64,000 nt of DNA from Tubiluchus corallicola (Eukaryota; Animalia; Priapulida): the NCBI GenBank assembly GCA_030141605.1, contig JAQGDQ010000686.1, positions 33,852-97,851 on the forward strand. Reading direction: 5' to 3'. Shown here piece after piece: positions 48,976-62,067 of this stretch. Position 1 is the stretch's first letter. The number at the start of each line of letters is the position of its first letter. A model generated the notes under the pieces. It saw only the letters and a program-made list of their open reading frames with translations. It made no database searches and was not told the DNA's origin. The position numbers and the translations under genes were made by a program.

Positions 48976-50850
48976 AGGACATACTAATTATGGTATTCAT
49001 TTACCACGTTTTTAGGCTACATTGACAATGGCAACTGAGTCTGCTGAAACGTTTGTCAAATATTATATATATTTGTTCAAGATTCCATAAATTTCAATCA
49101 ACCATGATGCCACGGCATTTTTGTGATATATTACCCTTGTGATATAGGCAAGCCTATTGCTATTAACATAAACTTCCGACCTCTTGCTTCACAAAAGGTC
49201 TTGTGAATCTAAGTGGAGCTACAAACTACATAGTTAATGTACAGTTTTGGTAATGAAAACAGAGAATGATTTCATTACATTTCAGCGTTGTAGTCAAATC
49301 TTTCAGCTCAAGTCCAGCTCGAGTCCCAAGTCCTTGGGGATCAGGTCTGAATAAAGTTTTAAGTCGCTGAGTCAAGTCTCAAGTTATTACGCCCAAAATC
49401 AAATCCGGAGTCATATTCCTGTGTTCAACTTCAAATTGAGTTTTGAGTAAAAGCAATCCAAGATTTAGTCAATTCCCAAGTTCGTGTTTAATGTTAATAA
49501 ACTATTCTTGTTAATTTAGGGTTATTCTGCAAACTACTGCACTAAATTTATGCGTAATATTGAGTATAAATCAGACTCTGTGCAACACAAATTGTTTTTC
49601 AAAAGGTTTTATACTTAATAACAGATTTGCAGTGGTGTAATATTAAGTATCCATCACAAAAAAGTGACATTACAACCAGTACATGTAGTACTATTTGCAA
49701 TCAATAGGAAGTTATTCAAATTACTTCTTACACTTGGGAAGCACTATGTCCAAGATTACAGAAGATCATGATTCCGTAACAGTTCCATAACATCTTGATT
49801 CCAAACAGAAATTTTGTCCCCCTAGAGATATGCATGTACAGAAAGCTCTGAATAATATTCTACATTGTATAATGTATGGCATTTTAATATTTTCTGTTCT
49901 GTTGAAAAATCCTTTATTTCGCGAAGGAAAAAAGAAAACAGAGGCAGTAATTTAAATCAGGTGTGAGACTGACAATTATCTGTGTTCCTAATTGCACTTG
50001 CCATATACTTGTCTTAAAAGTCACAAAAAACATCAATGAGATTGTATCTCTATCTAAATCTCTATCTGAATCTCTTTGGTATTAAAGGGTTAACCTGAAA
50101 TCTAAACAGACCAAAACTGATGACAAATGATTTCAGTTAACAAGTTTTGTCAACACAATGTTTTCAAGCACATTTTTCAAACAGTAAAAAAGAGACTTTA
50201 TGCTCCTGCTTATGTCAAAAAGAATGACAAAAACAACTACAACAGTACAAACACAAAATGGATCAATTTCGAAAAAAAACTGTTAAAACTGTAAACTACA
50301 TTTGATCTACATTTGAAAATGAAAGCAGTACAAAAACATTTTGTGTAGCACTCAGATTAAATTTAAAACGCTATAATAAAAAATGCACAAACATTTCACG
50401 CAGCATAAACTGAATCTATGCAGACATGATAACATACGTATACCGTGTGTCTAATTATAAAATGTTTTTATAGTCGCATGGAGCACTTTACTTGTACTAC
50501 ATTATTGTTGAACAAATGCGGCCAATATCTATCATATTTATATGAACAGAAACATTGTGATCATCTGTATAAGTGCCCTTAAATGTAAATAATAATATAC
50601 TGCATCAATGCAGGTCGAGAATGATCAATATAAGGAAGCTTTTAACATCATTCTGCAATGTCAGTGTGTTTGAAGAATTAGCCCTCACAAAGAAAAGGTA
50701 CATAAACACTCAACAAAATAAAACAAAGCCTCAGAGTCACAGTCAAACTCGCTCTATTTCCTGTGACCGGTGCATTTCACAAAAAGCAGTGGTGCACTTC
50801 TTGCACGCAGCTCTGACTTTTGCTTTTTGAAAAATAAAAATACTGTGAAC

Positions 50851-51768
50851 ATGAATTCGACTTCATTTCCGGTGGATTCTGCTGCAGCAAATACAACAGA
50901 AGCTGCAGACATTCTTGTAATTGATTTTTCATTGATCGTAATTATGGTGCTGCTGTTCACATTATCCGACTTGGCTATAATTACAGGAAACTTATTAGTG
51001 TTGATTGCAATTTATAAGATTCCTCGCTTACAAACAAAAACGAATGCTTTTGTAGCATCGCTTGCAGTGACTGACTTACTTGTCGCCATACCTGTTCTAA
51101 TAGAAATCATGGAGCTCATCTATCCAGCTGTGAGATTAAACCTCATATACACATTGATACTGTACACATATGAAAGTTCAATGATGAATGCAAGTATATA
51201 TCATCTGTGCCTGATTGCTGCTGAAAGATATGTGGCTGTTGTTCATCCATTCAAGTATCACATCATAGTGAAGAAAAACGCCATTGTTGCAGCACTTTGT
51301 ACTATTTGGACTTTTGCTTTGATACAGGCACTTATTTTTCCTTTGAATAACATTTTTTCTGCACGCAATTTATCAATTCTCATCCTTATTTCATCATTTT
51401 ACTTACCAGTATTTGTGATTCTTGTGCTGTATGTCCTAATTTGGAGAACGGCAAGAAGGCACGTCTTACAGATACACAGTCGTGGTCAAGAAAGCCATCC
51501 AAATGTGATGCAAATGAAAGCAACAAAAACTTTAGCCATTGTTACCTTTGCTTTTCTGGTATGTTGGGGTCCTTTATCACTGTATGAGATGTTTTGTTAT
51601 ATATCATCTCAAGAAACGAAATATGAAACATACCAGATTTTATTTACCCTTGGAATTATCAACAGTGCTGTTAATCCAATCGTGTATGCATTTTCTAGCA
51701 CTGACTTTAGATGGGCATTCAAGAATATTTTGTTCCCACAACGGTCAATTGTAAGGGAGATCCATTAA
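50851..51768 (+). CDS. Class A orphan GPCR copy 12
   Basis: Intact ORF; short-ECL2 type. Confidence 0.92.
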   Translation: MNSTSFPVDSAAANTTEAADILVIDFSLIVIMVLLFTLSDLAIITGNLLVLIAIYKIPRLQTKTNAFVASLAVTDLLVAIPVLIEIMELIYPAVRLNLIYTLILYTYESSMMNASIYHLCLIAAERYVAVVHPFKYHIIVKKNAIVAALCTIWTFALIQALIFPLNNIFSARNLSILILISSFYLPVFVILVLYVLIWRTARRHVLQIHSRGQESHPNVMQMKATKTLAIVTFAFLVCWGPLSLYEMFCYISSQETKYETYQILFTLGIINSAVNPIVYAFSSTDFRWAFKNILFPQRSIVREIH

Positions 51769-53488
51769 GTGAGCGCACACTCGAATAACATACTTGAGGC
51801 AAAGTATGCACCGAGTAATAAGCATGAAATGAACAGCATTCTTGATATGAAACACAGAATGAGGATTGAACATCATGCACAAATGTGTTTTTCCAGTTTT
51901 ATTATTTGTTTTCAATTTTATTGTGGAATGTTTGACTTGCACCGAAAAAGAGAATGATTTCATTACATTTTAGTTATGTATTTATGTCTTAGCAGACGCT
52001 AAACATTTAATCAATTGCCAAGCGGTTGACGCTCTCGTTGCAAATCATGTTGTCAAAGATGCAGGTACAGTAATCAGATGGTGTTCCTTGTTACTTACAA
52101 GACTAAATATCGTACAGCAAATAACAGCAATATAAGTCAACAGACGATTCAGAACAGATTTTCAACGTTTTTATAACTACGAGAACTTTGTTGGCCAACT
52201 TCTTCACGAGAAAATGAAGCAGCTGACCTTGAAGGAATTTCTGTAATTTTTTCAAATAAACAGACGTAGAAAAGTCTGTGATTTAGAAAAGTATACTTTT
52301 TAATTTATTGCTCATCCATTTATATAAGTTAATATTTTAAAATACTTTTTCTAATTTTAACTGCACAAAGGAATTTAGGGATTAGTTCGTTTCTAAAATT
52401 CATTAAAAACCGTTGCAGTGCATGGTAAGCTGATGATTCGTACCTCTATACCTGTAATACTACACCCATCGGTTAATAGGTTCAGTCGGTTAATTGGGTC
52501 AAAACACGTCGTGCCCAAATTGAGTCTATTAAGCGGGCACCTACTGTACCGAGTTTACATCAGACTATGTGCAACACAAATTATTTTACAAATGGTTTCA
52601 CATTTTAAAAAACAGTTTTGCAGTGGTGTTATATTGAGTTTGCATAACATAAAAGTGACATTACAACCAGTAGTACTAATTACAATCTACAAGAAGTTGT
52701 TCGATGTATTACACTGGGGAAGCACTATATCAAATAGGTTCTTACCTGACAAAACCAAGCTCGTTGTAGTCTTATTAACAAGGCACTTTAACTGAAGGCA
52801 TAATTATGTATAAATAAAGATGTATATATTATCGTGGTAGTTATCACTGTCCGATTATCATCATTATTATTATAGCCATCACCATTTACTTCCATTGTTG
52901 TCACTAACAGCTTCAACAATGACAAAACCAACAACAACGGTAACAGAAACAACACAGAACAATTTCCAAAAAACCGTTAAAACTTTAATCTACATATGAA
53001 AGTGAAAACACCACAAAATGAATTTTGTGAAACATTCAGATAAAATTGAAATCGCTATAATAAAAAATGCACAAACATTTCATGCAGCATAAGCTGAGTC
53101 TATGCATGCGATACTAATATATGTATAGTCTGTGCCTAATTGCAAAATGTCTTCACTGATGCATGCAGCACTTTAGCTGTATTACACTATTGTTCAATGA
53201 ATGCGGCTGATATCAATCATATTTATACAAACAAAAACATTGTGATCATCTCAATAAGTGCACTTTGACGTCAATCACATTATACTGCATTAATGAAGCA
53301 TGAGATCGGTGCTTTTAACATCGCTCTGGCAGACCAAACACTTGCCAGCATCAAAGCCTCGTTGCCGAACTCGCTCTGTGCTGTGACTGCTGATTTAAAA
53401 TTTTGGTGGATTTTCCCAAAGACAGGAGTGCATTATGTTTGTATGCAGCTCTGATTTTGGCTTTTTGAAAAGTAAAAATACTGTGAAC

Positions 53489-54397
53489 ATGAATTCGACT
53501 TCATCTTCAGTGGATATTGCTGCAGCAAGTACAACAGAAGCTGTTGACATTCTTGTAGCTGATTTATCATTGATTGTAATTACAGTGCTGTTGCTCACAT
53601 TATCCGACTTGGCTATAATTACTGGAAACTTATTAGTTTTGATTGCAATTTATAAGATTTCTCGCTTAAAAACAAAAACGAATGCTTTTGTAGCATCGCT
53701 TGCAGTGACTGACTTACTTGTTGCCATACCTGTTCTAATAGAAATCACGGTGATCTTTTATCCGGCAATGAGATTAAACCTCATATACACATTTATACTG
53801 TACACATTTGAATTTTCAATGATGAATGCAAGTATATATCATCTGTGCCTGATAGCTGCTGAAAGATATATAGCTGTTGTTCATCCATTCAGGTATCATA
53901 CCATCGTAAGAAAAGAAACCATTATCGCTGCACTTTGCATTACTTGGGCTTTTGCTTTGATTCAGGCACAGATTTTTGTTAATTTGAATTTGAGTAACAT
54001 TTTCAAAGGCATCGCTACACTGAGCTCATCAATTATTTATATTTTAACATTTTATTTACCAGTATTTGTGATTCTAGTGCTGTATGCCCTAATTTGGAGA
54101 ACCGCAAGAAGGCACGTCTTACAGATACACAGTCGTGGTCAAGAAAGCCATCCAAATGTGATGCAAATGAAAGCAACAAAAACTTTAGCCATTGTTACCT
54201 TTGCTTTTCTGGTATGCTGGGGTCCTTTGTCTCTGTATGAGACGTTTTCTTATATATCATCTCAAGAAATGAAATACGAAACAGCTCAGATTTTACTTAC
54301 CCTTGGAATTATCAACAGTGCTGTTAATCCAATCGTGTATGCATTTTCTAGCACTGACTTTAGACTGGCATTCAAGAACATTTTATTTCCACATTAG
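53489..54397 (+). CDS. Class A orphan GPCR copy 13
   Basis: Intact ORF; long-ECL2 type; appears mosaic. Confidence 0.92.
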   Translation: MNSTSSSVDIAAASTTEAVDILVADLSLIVITVLLLTLSDLAIITGNLLVLIAIYKISRLKTKTNAFVASLAVTDLLVAIPVLIEITVIFYPAMRLNLIYTFILYTFEFSMMNASIYHLCLIAAERYIAVVHPFRYHTIVRKETIIAALCITWAFALIQAQIFVNLNLSNIFKGIATLSSSIIYILTFYLPVFVILVLYALIWRTARRHVLQIHSRGQESHPNVMQMKATKTLAIVTFAFLVCWGPLSLYETFSYISSQEMKYETAQILLTLGIINSAVNPIVYAFSSTDFRLAFKNILFPH

Positions 54398-54761
54398 TTA
54401 GTTGGCGGGGAATTCCGTTAACTGAGCACACAAATAAATAGCATACTTGAAGCGGAGTATGCACTGAGTAATAGGCATGAAATACTGAACAACTGAACAA
54501 TGTTCATGAAATTGAGCACACAACTGAGGATCATGCACAAATGTGTTTTCCCAGTTTTATTATTTCTTTTTAATTTTATTGCAGTATATTTGCTTTGCTC
54601 CATGTATTTTGTGGTTTGAGAATTAGGTAAGAAGTAGGGATTGACATTTAAGATTTATAATTATCTGTTTCTGGAATGTTGTTACCTGGATATTTTTCAG
54701 TTGAGTGTTCTGTGCATTACTTGTTGTTTGTGGTGGAACTGGTTATTGGAAATTGCAGGAC

Positions 54762-55195
54762 TGTACTGGAATCTTGCATTGGCATGCTTTGCGGCCTTCG
54801 CTTGTTGTTGGCTTTGGCCACCTTGTGGTGATTTTTGGCCTGGTCACGTGATCAATTTGATCGGTGTCATAGGCCTACTGTGAAGTGAGGACGTGTCATG
54901 GTGGGTTGATAAGATGTTGTCGTTATCTGTTGCAATTGCTTATGATTTGGGGTAAATAACGTACGTATACAATCTAATTACTTTACAATATTTAAATTTA
55001 CTATTAGATAACAGCTATTTATTGATTAATGCGACTGTGCAGTGTGAAACTCTGAATTATGTAAAATTGACTTTTGGCTAGTGTTATTTTTTTGTCATTT
55101 GTTTATGGTTTTGTTTAGATAGAATGATATGTTTTGGTAAATAAAGGGGGAAGAAATGTAATCTAGCTTCAAATTTGGTTTTGAAAGCCCAAACA
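54762..55195 (+). mobile_element. Solo LTR, duplicate of 48535-48975
   Basis: Same termini, AGGAC TSD and flanks, so it was copied by segmental duplication. A partial third copy lies at 56327-56483. Confidence 0.8.
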
Positions 55196-57616
55196 AGGAC
55201 ATACTAATTATGGTATTCATTTACCACGTTTTTAGGCTACATTGACAATGGCAACTGAGTCTGCTGAAACGTTTGTCAAATATTATATATACTTGTTCAA
55301 GATTCAATAAATTTCAATCAACCATGATGCCACGGCATTTTTGTGATATATTTCCCTTGTGATATAGGCAAGCCTATTGCTATTAACATAAACTTCCGAC
55401 CTTTTGCTTCACAAAGGGTCTTGTGAATCTAAGTGGAGCTACAAACTACATAGTTAATGTACAGTTTTGGTAATGAAAACAGAGAATGATTTCATTACAT
55501 TTCAGCGTTGTAGTCAAATCTTTCAGCTCAAGTCCAGCTCGAGTCCCAAGTCCTTGGGGATCAGGTCTGAATAAAGTCTTAAGTTGCTGAGTCAAGTCTC
55601 AAGTTATTACGCCCAAAATCAAGTCCTGAGTCATATTCCTGTGTTCAACTTCAAATTGAATTTTGAGTAAAAGCAATCCAAGATTTAGTCAATTCCCAAG
55701 TTCGTGTTTAATGTTAATAAACTATTCTTGCTAATTCAGGGTTATTCTGCAAACTACTGCACTAAATTTATGCATAATATTGAGTTTAAATCAGACTCTG
55801 TGCAACACAAATTATTTTTCAAAAGGTTTTATACTTAATAACAGATTTGCAGTGGTGTAATATTAAGTATCCATCACAAAAAAGTGACATTACAACCAGT
55901 AGTACTATTTGCAATCAATAGGAAGTTATTCAAATCACTTCTTACACTTGGGAAGCACTATGTCCAAGATTACAGAAGATCATGATTCCGTAACAGTTCC
56001 ATAACATCTTGATTCCAAACAGAAATTTTGTCCCCCTAGAGATATGCATGTACAGAAAGCTCTGAATAATGTTCTACATTGTATAATCTATGGCATTTTA
56101 ATATTTTCTGTTCTGTTGAAAAATCCTTTATTTCGCGAAGGAAAAAAGAAAACTGAGGCAGTAATTTAAATCAGGTGTGAGACTGACAATTATCTGTGTT
56201 CCTAATTGCACTTGCCATATACTTGTCTTAAAAGTCACAAAAAACATCAATGAGATTGTATCTCTATCTAAATCTCTATCTGAATCTCTTTGGTATTAAA
56301 GGGTTAACCTGAAATCTAAATAGACCGAAACTCTGAATTATGTAAAATTGACTTTTGGCTAGTGTTATTTTTTGTCATTTGTTTATGGTTTTGTTTAGAT
56401 GGAATGATATGTTTTGGTAAATAAAGAGGGAAGAAAGAGCAAAATGTAATCTAGCTTCAAATTTGGTTTTGAAAGCCCAAACAAGGACATACTAATTATG
56501 GTATTCATTTACCACGTTTTTAGGCTACATTGACAATGGCAACTGAGTCTGCTGAAACGTTTGTCAAATATTATATATACTTGTTCAAGAATCAATAAAT
56601 TTCAATCAACCATGATGCCACGGCATTTTTGTGATATATTTCCCTTGTGATATAAGCAAGCCTATTGCTATTAACATAAACTTCCGAGCTCTTGCTTCAC
56701 AAAGGGTCTTGTGAATCTAAGTGGAGCTACAAACTACATAGTTAATGTACAGTTTTGGTAATGAAAACAGAGAATGATTTCATTACATTTCAGCGTTGTA
56801 GTCAAATCTTTCAGCTCAAGTCCAGCTCGAGTCCCAAGTCCTTGGGGATCAGGTCTGAATAAAGTCTTAAGTCGCTGAGTCAAGTCTCAAGTTATTACGC
56901 CCAAAATCAAGTCCTGAGTCATATTCCTGTGTTCAACTTCAAATTGAATTTTGAGTAAAAGCAATCCAAGATTTAGTCAATTCCCAAGTTCGTGTTTAAT
57001 GTTAATAAACTATTCTTGCTAATTCAGGGTTATTCTGCAAACTACTGCACTAAATTTATGCATAATATTGAGTTTAAATCAGACTCTGTGCAACACAAAT
57101 TATTTTTCAAAAGGTTTTATACTTAATAACAGATTTGCAGTGGTGTAATATTAAGTATCCATCACAAAAAAGTGACATTACAACCAGTAGTACTATTTGC
57201 AATCAATAGGAAGTCATTCAAATAACTTCTTACACTTGGGAAGCACTATGTCCAAGATTACAGAAGATCATGATTCCATAACAGTTCCATAACATCTTGA
57301 TTCCAAACAGAAATTTTGTCCCCCTAGAGATATGCATGTACAGAAAGCTCTGAATAATGTTCTACATTGTATAATGTATGGCATTTTAATATTTTCTGTT
57401 CTGTTGAAAAATCCTTTATTTCGCGAAGGAAAAAAGAAAACTGAGGCAGTAATTTAAATCAGGTGTGAGACTGACAATTATCTGTGTTCCTAATTGCACT
57501 TGCCATATACTTGTCTTAAAAGTCACAAAAAACATCAATGAGATTGTATCTGTATCTAAATCTCTATCTGAATCTCTTTGGTATTAAAGGGTTAACCTGA
57601 AATCTAAATAGACCAA
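55046..57616. repeat. Direct tandem duplication, ~1.28-kb unit
   Basis: 55046-56326 is repeated at 56327-~57616. The junction tagaccGAAACTctgaatt shows (G)AAACT microhomology. Confidence 0.88.
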
Positions 57617-58342
57617 AACTGATGACAAATGATTTCAGTTAACAAGTTTTGTCAACACAATGTTTTGAAGCACAATTTTCAAACAGTAAAAAAGAGACTT
57701 TATGCTCCTGCTTATGTCAAAAAGAATGACAAAAACAACTACAACAGTAGAGACACAAAATGGATCAATTTCGAAAAAAAACTGTGAAAACTGTAAACTA
57801 CATTTGATCTACATTTGAAAATGAAAGCAGTACAAAAACATTTTGTGTAGCACTCAGATTAAATTTAAAACGCTATAATAAAAAATGCACAAACATTTCA
57901 CGCAGCATAAACTGAATCTATGTAGACACGATAACATACGTATAGTGTGTGGCTAATTATAAAATGTTTTCATAGTCGCATGGAGCACTTTACTTGTACT
58001 ACATTATTGTTGAACAAATGCGGCCAATATCTATCATATTTATATGAACAGAAACATTGTGTTCATCTGTATAAGTGCACTTTAATGTAAATAATAATAT
58101 ACTGCATCAATGCAGGTCGAGAATGATCAATATGAGCTTTTAACATCATTCTGCAATGTCAGTGTGTTTGAAGAATTAGCCCTCACAAAGAAAATGTACA
58201 TAACCACTCAACAAAATAAAACAAAGCCTCAGAGTCACAGTCAAACTCGTTCTATTTCCTGTGACTGGTGCATTTCACAAAAGGCAGTAGTGCACTTCTT
58301 GCACGCAGCTCTGACTTTTGCTTTTTGAAAAATAAAAATACT

Positions 58343-59268
58343 ATGAATATGAATTCTACTTCATTTCCGGTGGATTCTGCTGCAGCAAATACAACAGAAG
58401 CTGCAGACATTCTTGTAGCTGATTTATCATTGATCGTAATTATGGTGCTGCTGCTCTCATTATCCGACTTGGCAATAATTACAGGAAACTTGTTTGTGTT
58501 GATTGCAATATATAAGATTCCTCGCTTACAAACAAAAACGAATGTGTTTATAGCATCGCTTGCAGTGACTGACTTACTTGTTGTCATACCTGTTCTAATA
58601 GAAATCACTGTGATCTTTTATCCAGCAGTGAGATTAAACCTCACATATACATCGATACTGTACACATCTGTAATTTCAATGCTAAATGCAAGTGTATATC
58701 ATCTGTGCCTGATAGCTGCTGAAAGATATGTGGCTGTTGTTCATCCATTCAAGTATCACACCATAGTGAAGAAAAAAGCCATTGTTGTAGCACTTTGTAC
58801 TATTTGGACTTTTGCTTTAATACAAGCATTTATTTTTTCTTTGAATAACATTTTTTCTGCATGCAGTTTATCAATTCTTTACCTTATTTTATCATTTTAT
58901 TTACCAGTATTTGTGATTCTTGTGCTTTATGTCCTAATTTGGAAAACCGCAAGAAGACACGTCTTACAGATACACAGCCAATGTCAAGCAAGCCATCCAA
59001 ACATGATGCAAATGAAAGCAACAAAAACTTTAGCCATTGTTACGCTTGCTTTTCTGGTATGCTGGGGTCCTTTGTCTCTGCATCAGACGTTTTGTTATAT
59101 ATCTCATCTCAAGAAATGAAATATCAAACATCTCAGATTTTACTTACCCTTGGAATTATCAATAGTGCTGTTAATCCAATCGTGTATGCATTTTCTAGCA
59201 CTGACTTTAGACTGGCATTCAAGAACATTTTGCTTCCACTAGAGTTAGTTGGCGGGGAATTGCGTTAA
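58343..59268 (+). pseudogene. GPCR copy 14, frameshift before TM7
   Basis: 2-nt insertion at ~59103 (atatctcatctcaa versus atatcatctcaa). TM7 with NPIVY continues in another frame. Confidence 0.78.
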
Positions 59269-59779
59269 TTGAGCACACAAATAAACACCATACTTGAAGC
59301 TGAGTATGCACTGAGTAATAGGCAAACTGAAATACTGAACAACTGAACAATGTTCATGAAATTGAGCACACAACTGAGGATCATGCGCAAATGGATTTTT
59401 CCAGTTTTATTATTTGTTTTTAATTTTATTGCAGAATATTAGCTTTGCACCATGTATTTTGAGGTTTGAGAATTTTTATCACTGGCAAGTAGGGATTTGT
59501 ATTTAAGATTTATAATTATCTGTTTTTGGAATGCTGTTACCTGAATTATTTTTCAGCTGAGTGTATGTGCACATTACTTGCTGTTTGCTGTGAAACTGGT
59601 TTTTGGAAATTGTAAGACGTACAATATGGTATTCATTTCCCACGTTTTTAGGCTACATTGACAATGGCAACTGAAATTGCTGAAACGTTTGTCAAATATT
59701 ATATATACTTGTTCAAGATTCAATAAATTTCGTTTTATCAACTATGATGCTATGGCACTTTGTGATATAAGATTACAAT

Positions 59780-60002
59780 AGGCTTACAATTTTGACAGAT
59801 TTTACCAAAGACAGTAGTGTGCTACACTAGTATGCAGCTCTGACTTTCACTTCTTGAAAAGAAAAAATACTGTGAACACGAATTCGACTTCATTTCCGGT
59901 GGGTTCTGCTGCAGCAAATACAACAGAAACTGGTAACATTCTTGTAACTGATTTTCCATTGATTGTAGTGATGGTGCTGCTACTCACATTATCTGACTTG
60001 CC
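59780..60002 (+). pseudogene. GPCR copy 15, 5' fragment
   Basis: Upstream region, N-terminus and start of TM1 only. The ATG is mutated to ACG at 59878. Confidence 0.8.
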
Positions 60003-61861
60003 ACGTATTCATTTCCCACGTTTTTAGGCTACATTGACAATGGCAACTGAGTTTGCTGAAACGTTTTTCAAATATTATATATACTTGTTCAAGATTCAAT
60101 AAATTTCAATCAACCATGACGCCACAGCATTTTTGTGATATATTTCCCTAGTGATATAGGCAAGCCTATTGCTATTAACATAAACTTCAGACCTCTTGCT
60201 TCACAAACAGTCTTGTGAATCCAAGTGGAGCTACAAACTACATAGTTAGTGTACAGTTTTGGTAATGAAAACCGAGAATGATTTCATTACCTTTCAGCGT
60301 TGTAGTCAAGTCTTTCGGCATAAGTCCAGCTCGAGTCCCAAGTCCTTGGGGATCAGGTCTTAGTAAAGTCTTAAGTCACAGAGGCACAAATCTGAGTCAA
60401 GTTTGAAATTATTATGCCCAAACTCAAGTCCTGAGTCATGTTCAACTTCAAATCGAGTTTTGAGTAAAAGCAATCCAAGAGCAAAAATCAATTCCCAAGT
60501 TCGTGTTTAATGTTAATAAACTATTCCTGTTAATTCAGGGGGGATTATTCTGCAAACTACTGCACTAAATTTATGAGTAATATTGAGTTTCAATCAGACT
60601 CTGTGCAACACAAATTATTTTTCAAAAGGTTTTATATTTTAAAAACAGATTTGCAGTGTTGTAATATTAAGTATCCATAACAAAAAAGTGACATTACAAC
60701 CAGTAGTACTATTTGCAAACAATAGGAAGTTATTCAAATAACTTCTTACACTTGGGAAGCACTATGTCCAAGATTACAGAAGATCACAGTTCCATAACAT
60801 CTTATTTCCAAAAAGAAATTTTGTCCCCCTAGAGATATGCATGTGCAGAAAGCTCTGAATAATGTTCTACATTGTATAACATATGGCATTTTAATATTTT
60901 CTGTTCTGTTGAAAAATTCTTTATTTTGCGAAGGAAAAAAGAAAACTGAGGCAGTAATTTAAATCAAGTGTGAGACTGACCATTGTTTGTTTTCCTAATA
61001 GCACTTGCCATATACTTGTCTTAAAAGTCACAAAAAACAACAATGAGATTTGTATCTCTATCTAAATCTCTACCTGAATCTCTATCTTTGGTATTAAAGG
61101 GTTAACCTGAAATTTAAATAGACCAAAAGTGACGAGAAATGATTTAAGTAAAGAAGTTTTGTCTACACAATGTCTTCAAGCACATTTTTCAAACAGTAAA
61201 AAAGAGACTTTATGCTCCTGCTTATGTCAAAAAGAATGACAAAAACAACTAAAACAGTAGAGACACAAAATGGATCAATTTCGAAAAAAACTGTTAAAAC
61301 TGTAAACTACATTTGATCTACATCTGAAAATGAAAGCACTAGAAAAACATTTTGTGTAGCACCCAGATCAAATTTAAATTGCTATAATAAAAAATGCACA
61401 AACATTTCACGCAGCATAAACTGAATCTATGTAGACATGATAACATACGTGTAGGGTGTGTCTAATTATAAAATGTTTTCATAGTCGCATGGAGCACTTT
61501 ACTTGAACTACATTATTGCTGAACAAATGCAGCCGATATCAATCATATTTATATGAACAGAAACATTGTGTTCATCTGTATAAGTGCACTTTAATGTAAA
61601 TAATAATATACTGCATCAATGCAGGTCGAGAATGATCAATATAAGGAAGCTTTTAACATCATTCTGCAATGTCAGTGTGTTTGAAGAATTAGCCCTCACA
61701 AAGAAAAGGTACATAAACACTCAACAAAATAAAACAAAGCCTCAGAGTCACAGTCAAACTCGCTCTATTTCCTGTGACCAGTGCATTTCACAAAAAGCAG
61801 TAGTGCACTTCTTGCACGCAGCTCTGACTTTTGCTTTTTGAAAAATAAAAATACTGTGAAC

Positions 61862-62067
61862 ATGAATTTGACTTCTCTTTTGCTGGATATGACTGCAGCA
61901 AATACAACAGAAGCTCCTGACACTCTTATAGCTGATTTTTCATTGATCGTAATTATAGTGCTGCTGCTCTCATTATCCGACTTGGCTATAATTACAGGAA
62001 ACTTGTTTGTGTTGATTGCAATATATAAGATTCCTCGCTTACAAACAAAAACGAATGTGTTTATAGC
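61862..62067 (+). pseudogene. GPCR copy 16, interrupted in TM2 by an insertion
   Basis: Reads MNLTSLL...TKTNVFIA, then switches abruptly to unrelated GC-rich sequence at 62068. Confidence 0.88.

Noticed and set aside
7927-54397. Assigning named orthologs (TAAR, histamine H2, adenosine or octopamine receptor)
   Set aside because: The motifs support class A amine-like affinity only. The missing C3.25 and the local expansion argue against one-to-one orthology.
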